Source: Marsupella aquatica (lineage: Eukaryota; Plantae; Marchantiophyta). From it: a DNA stretch of 64,000 nucleotides. The position numbers and the translations under genes were made by a program. This document shows, one piece after another, positions 60,343 through 64,000 of the stretch. How positions within the stretch are numbered: the stretch's first letter is position 1; every line of letters begins with the position of its first letter. The DNA is taken from NCBI GenBank assembly GCA_973895155.1, contig OZ316899.1, positions 12,244,834 through 12,308,833 on the forward strand, read 5' to 3'. The notes under the pieces are model-generated. The model saw nothing but the letters and a program-made list of their open reading frames with translations, was not told where the DNA came from and did not search any database.

Positions 60343-60554
60343 GTAAGTTTCCAGGTAAACTTTACACTCGATGGTTAGGACCCTTTAGGGTAAACATGAA
60401 GCTCTCCAATGGGTCTATTCACCTGGCTAACATTACAGGGGAGGTATACCCAGTTTGCATACACTACGACCGCCTAAACAGATATTACATGGACGAAGAT
60501 GAGGTTGTTTGCAAGGACGCTTCACAATTGAGTGGGGAGCTATGTGATGCCTAG
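60343..60554 (+). pseudogene. pol: Family C integrase C-terminus running into the 3' LTR
   Basis: SKFPGKLYTRWLGPF...VCKDASQLSGELCDA*. Confidence 0.9.
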
Positions 60555-62743
60555 TCAGGAATCACTAGGCCTTGTAAAATAGTAAAGCCAGGTGGTATAC
60601 ACTAAAACCCTTAGCATAAGGAGGAAAAAAAAGAAAATATAAACAATTAAGGGTATCCATGGAACCTAGGCCGAGGCCGGGAGTAATAGGTGCAACGACA
60701 ACTAAAGGGCACAATTAGGATTAGGGCACGCTAAGCACCGGAGGCTGCAGGTAATCAAGGACTAAATCAATCAACGGCAGTCTGTAGGGGGGGTAAGGGA
60801 GGTTTGCCAGGAGTGACGGCTCATTCATGCACTTTGATCAAACAAATTGGAAGAAGAAGCCAACGACTATCAGCTGCAAAGGAGAAAACGGTGGGCGGAA
60901 GCACATACCAAGCAACAACATAAGGAGGGAATGAGCAACATCAATCAAGCTGCACATTTTTGGGGATGCCTGTTCAAACGGGCAAGTAAGTACATTGGGA
61001 CCTACAAGGAGGAAGAGTCGGAAAGAGCAGCCCAAGAACAACAAAAGCTTGCTCGGCTGTGGGATTTGCAGAAGTTTGCCTTCTTAGGAGGAGAGTTCAT
61101 CAAGGCGGGATTCTTGTGGATGCCTACTGCCGATGAGTTGGACAGTCTTCTAATTCAAGAGAACAAAATCATCGGCATTGATTGCAATGGGAACATTGGG
61201 ACTTGAAGGGTTGCACGGAGGCATGGACGAAAGCAACAGTGTTGGGGGAGTCGTCAAGAGCGGCCAAAATGAAAAGGAAGATGGCCATCAACAAAGGAAC
61301 CACACCGGCTAAAAGGACAAGGTTGGCAACATCAAGAAGGCCGGCCAAGCAAGAAAGACATAGGCAAGAGGAAGTCGAGGAACAAGAGGTCAACCTAGTC
61401 AATGCCATTCCTACCAAAGATGACACATGGAAGGGTTGGGCAACAATAATACCGTAGGCAGTGCAGCTACATTTTGCACGAGAAGATGATGCATGCTTTA
61501 CAGCCATGCAGACCAAAAAGTATCAAGGCTTCATGTCCGGATCGGGCTTGGAGACCTTTGTGAGATTGCCGTGGCTGAAGCCGGAGGTGCCGGAATCAGA
61601 CTTGCTAGAATTCGTGGGATCATGGGACCACGCGTCCAGCTCAACCAAGATCTACAGGAGGGACTTCTATCTCACTCCCAAGGTGATAGTTGAAGTATTT
61701 GGCTTGCCGATGGGCAACAAGACCAAGGTAGAAACCCGGAAGAACTTGTCAGACAAGGAGTTTAGATCGTTCCCCACGCCATCAACAAAGAATGGCTTCT
61801 TCTGAAACACCTGCACCAACTTGCACATTGGAGAAATGATTGATTTCTTGCGGGTAACAATGCACTGCAACTTGCCGAGACCAGAGATCGGCAAGGTACA
61901 AGTTTACCTGGCAGAGAGGCCAGACCCAAGCCGAGACTACAATGGGTACCTCAACCAACTGAAGAAAATACTGAGGGAGGAACAACAAGTGATAAGCCAC
62001 AGGAGCGTGTCCCGGCTTGGTTATCATATGCCGCTTTTGTGCCGGTATGCCTGGAGTCAGATCTTTGCGCCAATACTTCCCCTGCAAGCAAGGGCGCCGG
62101 AAGAGGAGTCGGAGCCGAGGCCGGCAGCAAGGAAGCCCAAACCGCTCGGCAGCCCCATGATATCGCAGATCTTTAGGCCAATGCCGGAACCCACGCCGAT
62201 GCATCAACCGGCCATGCAGAACCTCTTGCAGATGATCCAAAAGGAGAAGATAGCAACGGTAGCAGAGGCACCGGCCCAGGGCATGGTTGGGGTGGGAAGC
62301 ACCGGAAGACCCACCAGAGCAGATCTATTTTCCGAGGCCACAGAGAGAAGGAGGCCAGAAGATAGGCCAGGGGTGCAGACATCCCAGGGGGCCTCAAGAC
62401 CGGAACCCAAAGGATAAGGGCCCAGGGTTCCTAGTCATGATGAGGAGAGAAGAAGGCGGGTGTGGGAGTTGGAGGAGAGAATCACACACCTGCACAGTAC
62501 CCGGGAGGATGCCGCGTTTGGAGCTAGGCCAAGAGAGGATCCGCAGGCACCAGTACTCCAGGCCGGAAGGGAGGGCATGGAGGAATACAACGAGGATGAC
62601 TTTGGCTATGGGTCAGATCATTCGGTACCAGGGGTGCGGACCTGTGGCCATTTCATTCCCACACTTCCAAGAGTGGTGCGTGGGGACCCGCAACAGCAGA
62701 GAAGCCCGGAGTCTCCCCCACCAGAGTCCCGCTGCCAAATTAC
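60543..62743 (+). repeat. 3' LTR of the family C host element (interrupted), with the N-terminal part of the LTR gene
   Basis: Starts TGTGATGCCTAG after GAGTGGGGAGCTA. ORFs 60847-62768 match 40303-42200. Confidence 0.9.
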
Positions 62744-63905
62744 TGTGGTGTGTCCCATGGCTCCCTAAACCCAAGAACCCGCCTTGAACAAGCCGATTCC
62801 CACCGGTTTTGCTCTTGCCAAGGCCGGTTTCACGGCTTATCAGCATGGGACGCTGCTAACTCCTCTTCTACTAACTTTTTAATCACATATACTGGACAGA
62901 TCCTTCTTTGGGTCATGAGATATGTACCCGACCTACTCTAGGTCTCTCCTTGGTCTCTTCTATCAGTCTCCCTTCAGGTATGTTTGGATTCTGCCCCCGG
63001 AATAATGCCCAATTGGCTTGGATAGCCGCTAAGATCCCTCTCAACTCAACACATCCAACTCTCCATGCTTCTACACTTCCTCTCTCTTTTGTAGTTGATG
63101 TGGGCAATCTTCACACAAGTTGATGCGACACACAATTAGAAAGATGACTCCTACTGACTAAGTTGTACCATGCCTATTGCCATACAAGGAGTACTTCTCA
63201 TACGCAAGCTCTGCAAACTAAGCCGGAAGGCCAACTCTATTCAGCTCTTAGGCATGAGGAAACATGAACATATACAAGGGTCACTACATAACTAACCAAG
63301 AGGTTCTCTTTACTAATTGATCCCAGCCTTGTTGGTGCACTAAAAACTTGCTTAAGAAGAAAGCCCTCGGGTCCCTGCTGCCCAGGTATTTATCCCGACA
63401 ACGTACCTACCTATTTCCTTGTTGCGTAAGCCAAATCTACCTCTAAGTGGAATCTACCTATGTACAGCAGGGCAAGAGCACAAGTGTTGCTCTTACCAGT
63501 GGATCCACAACATTCTAACAAAGGTCTCCAAGCCCGATCCGACCATGAAGCCTTGATACTTTTTGGTCTGCATGGCTGTGAGCATGCATCATCATCTTGT
63601 GCAAAATGTAGCTGTACTGCCGACGATATTATCGTCGCCCAGCCCTTCCATGTGTCATCTCTGGTAGGGATGGCAGTGACTGGGTCAACTTCTTGTTCCT
63701 CGGCTTCCTCTTGCCTATGCCTCCCTTGCTCGGTCGGCCTCTTGATGTTGCCGACCTTGTCCTTTTAGCCGGTGTGGTTTTTTCGTTGTTGGCCATCCTC
63801 TTCATTGCGGCCGTTCCTGACAATTCTCCCAACAGTGTTGCTTTCGTCCACGCCTCTGTGCAACCCTTCAGGTCCCATTGTTCGTCATTGCAGTTGTTGA
63901 TGACG
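62744..63905 (-). mobile_element. Inverted family C LTR, internally deleted
   Basis: TGTGGTGTGTCCCATGG is the reverse complement of the C LTR end. At ~63517 it jumps from the post-ORF region to the start of the central domain. Confidence 0.85.
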
Positions 63906-64000
63906 TACTTGGTATTGCTCATTTAAACGACTGACTATATCATTCAAGAAATGAGTTCCCCTATCACTTACTAATTCTAGGGGTGCTCCATACCTTGTAA

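Noticed and set aside
63906-64000. Unassigned sequence at the window end
   Set aside because: Too short to classify; does not match the elements seen in the window

Overview
This 64 kb window is a fully nested transposable-element cluster from a eukaryote, most likely a non-seed land plant (inferred from the Copia, Gypsy, L1 and Sola2 protein styles). I see no host gene, RNA gene or CRISPR array. Target-site duplications (TSDs) and rejoined reading frames resolve the nesting. An old non-chromovirus Ty3/Gypsy element (family C) is the host. It carries a Ty1/Copia element (1-36524), a solo LTR of family E (39365-46078) with a family C solo LTR inside it, a full-length family A Gypsy on the minus strand (46183-60337), and an inverted family C LTR in its own 3' LTR. 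The Copia in turn carries a full-length family A Gypsy (2206-16257) and a 19.3 kb Sola2-like DNA transposon (16848-36103, perfect 27-bp TIRs). The Sola2-like element contains a LINE fragment and a family B solo LTR. The most striking observation is that three divergent Gypsy families have 3.8-4.6 kb LTRs that each contain a whole sense-strand protein gene (about 760-1100 codons). In family A this gene lies downstream of the LTR TATA box and upstream of the primer-binding site. The genes share an N-terminal FW domain, a conserved central domain and a C-terminal coiled coil. Four LTR families also share a covarying GCGG-tetraloop hairpin near the U5 end. The Sola2-like transposon appears to carry a cargo gene with a similar central domain, a coiled coil, a RING-H2 finger and an OB-like exon, plus intronic arrays of a motif that matches its TIR. 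All copies are decayed pseudogenes. Domain names come from motif recognition by eye, not database searches.
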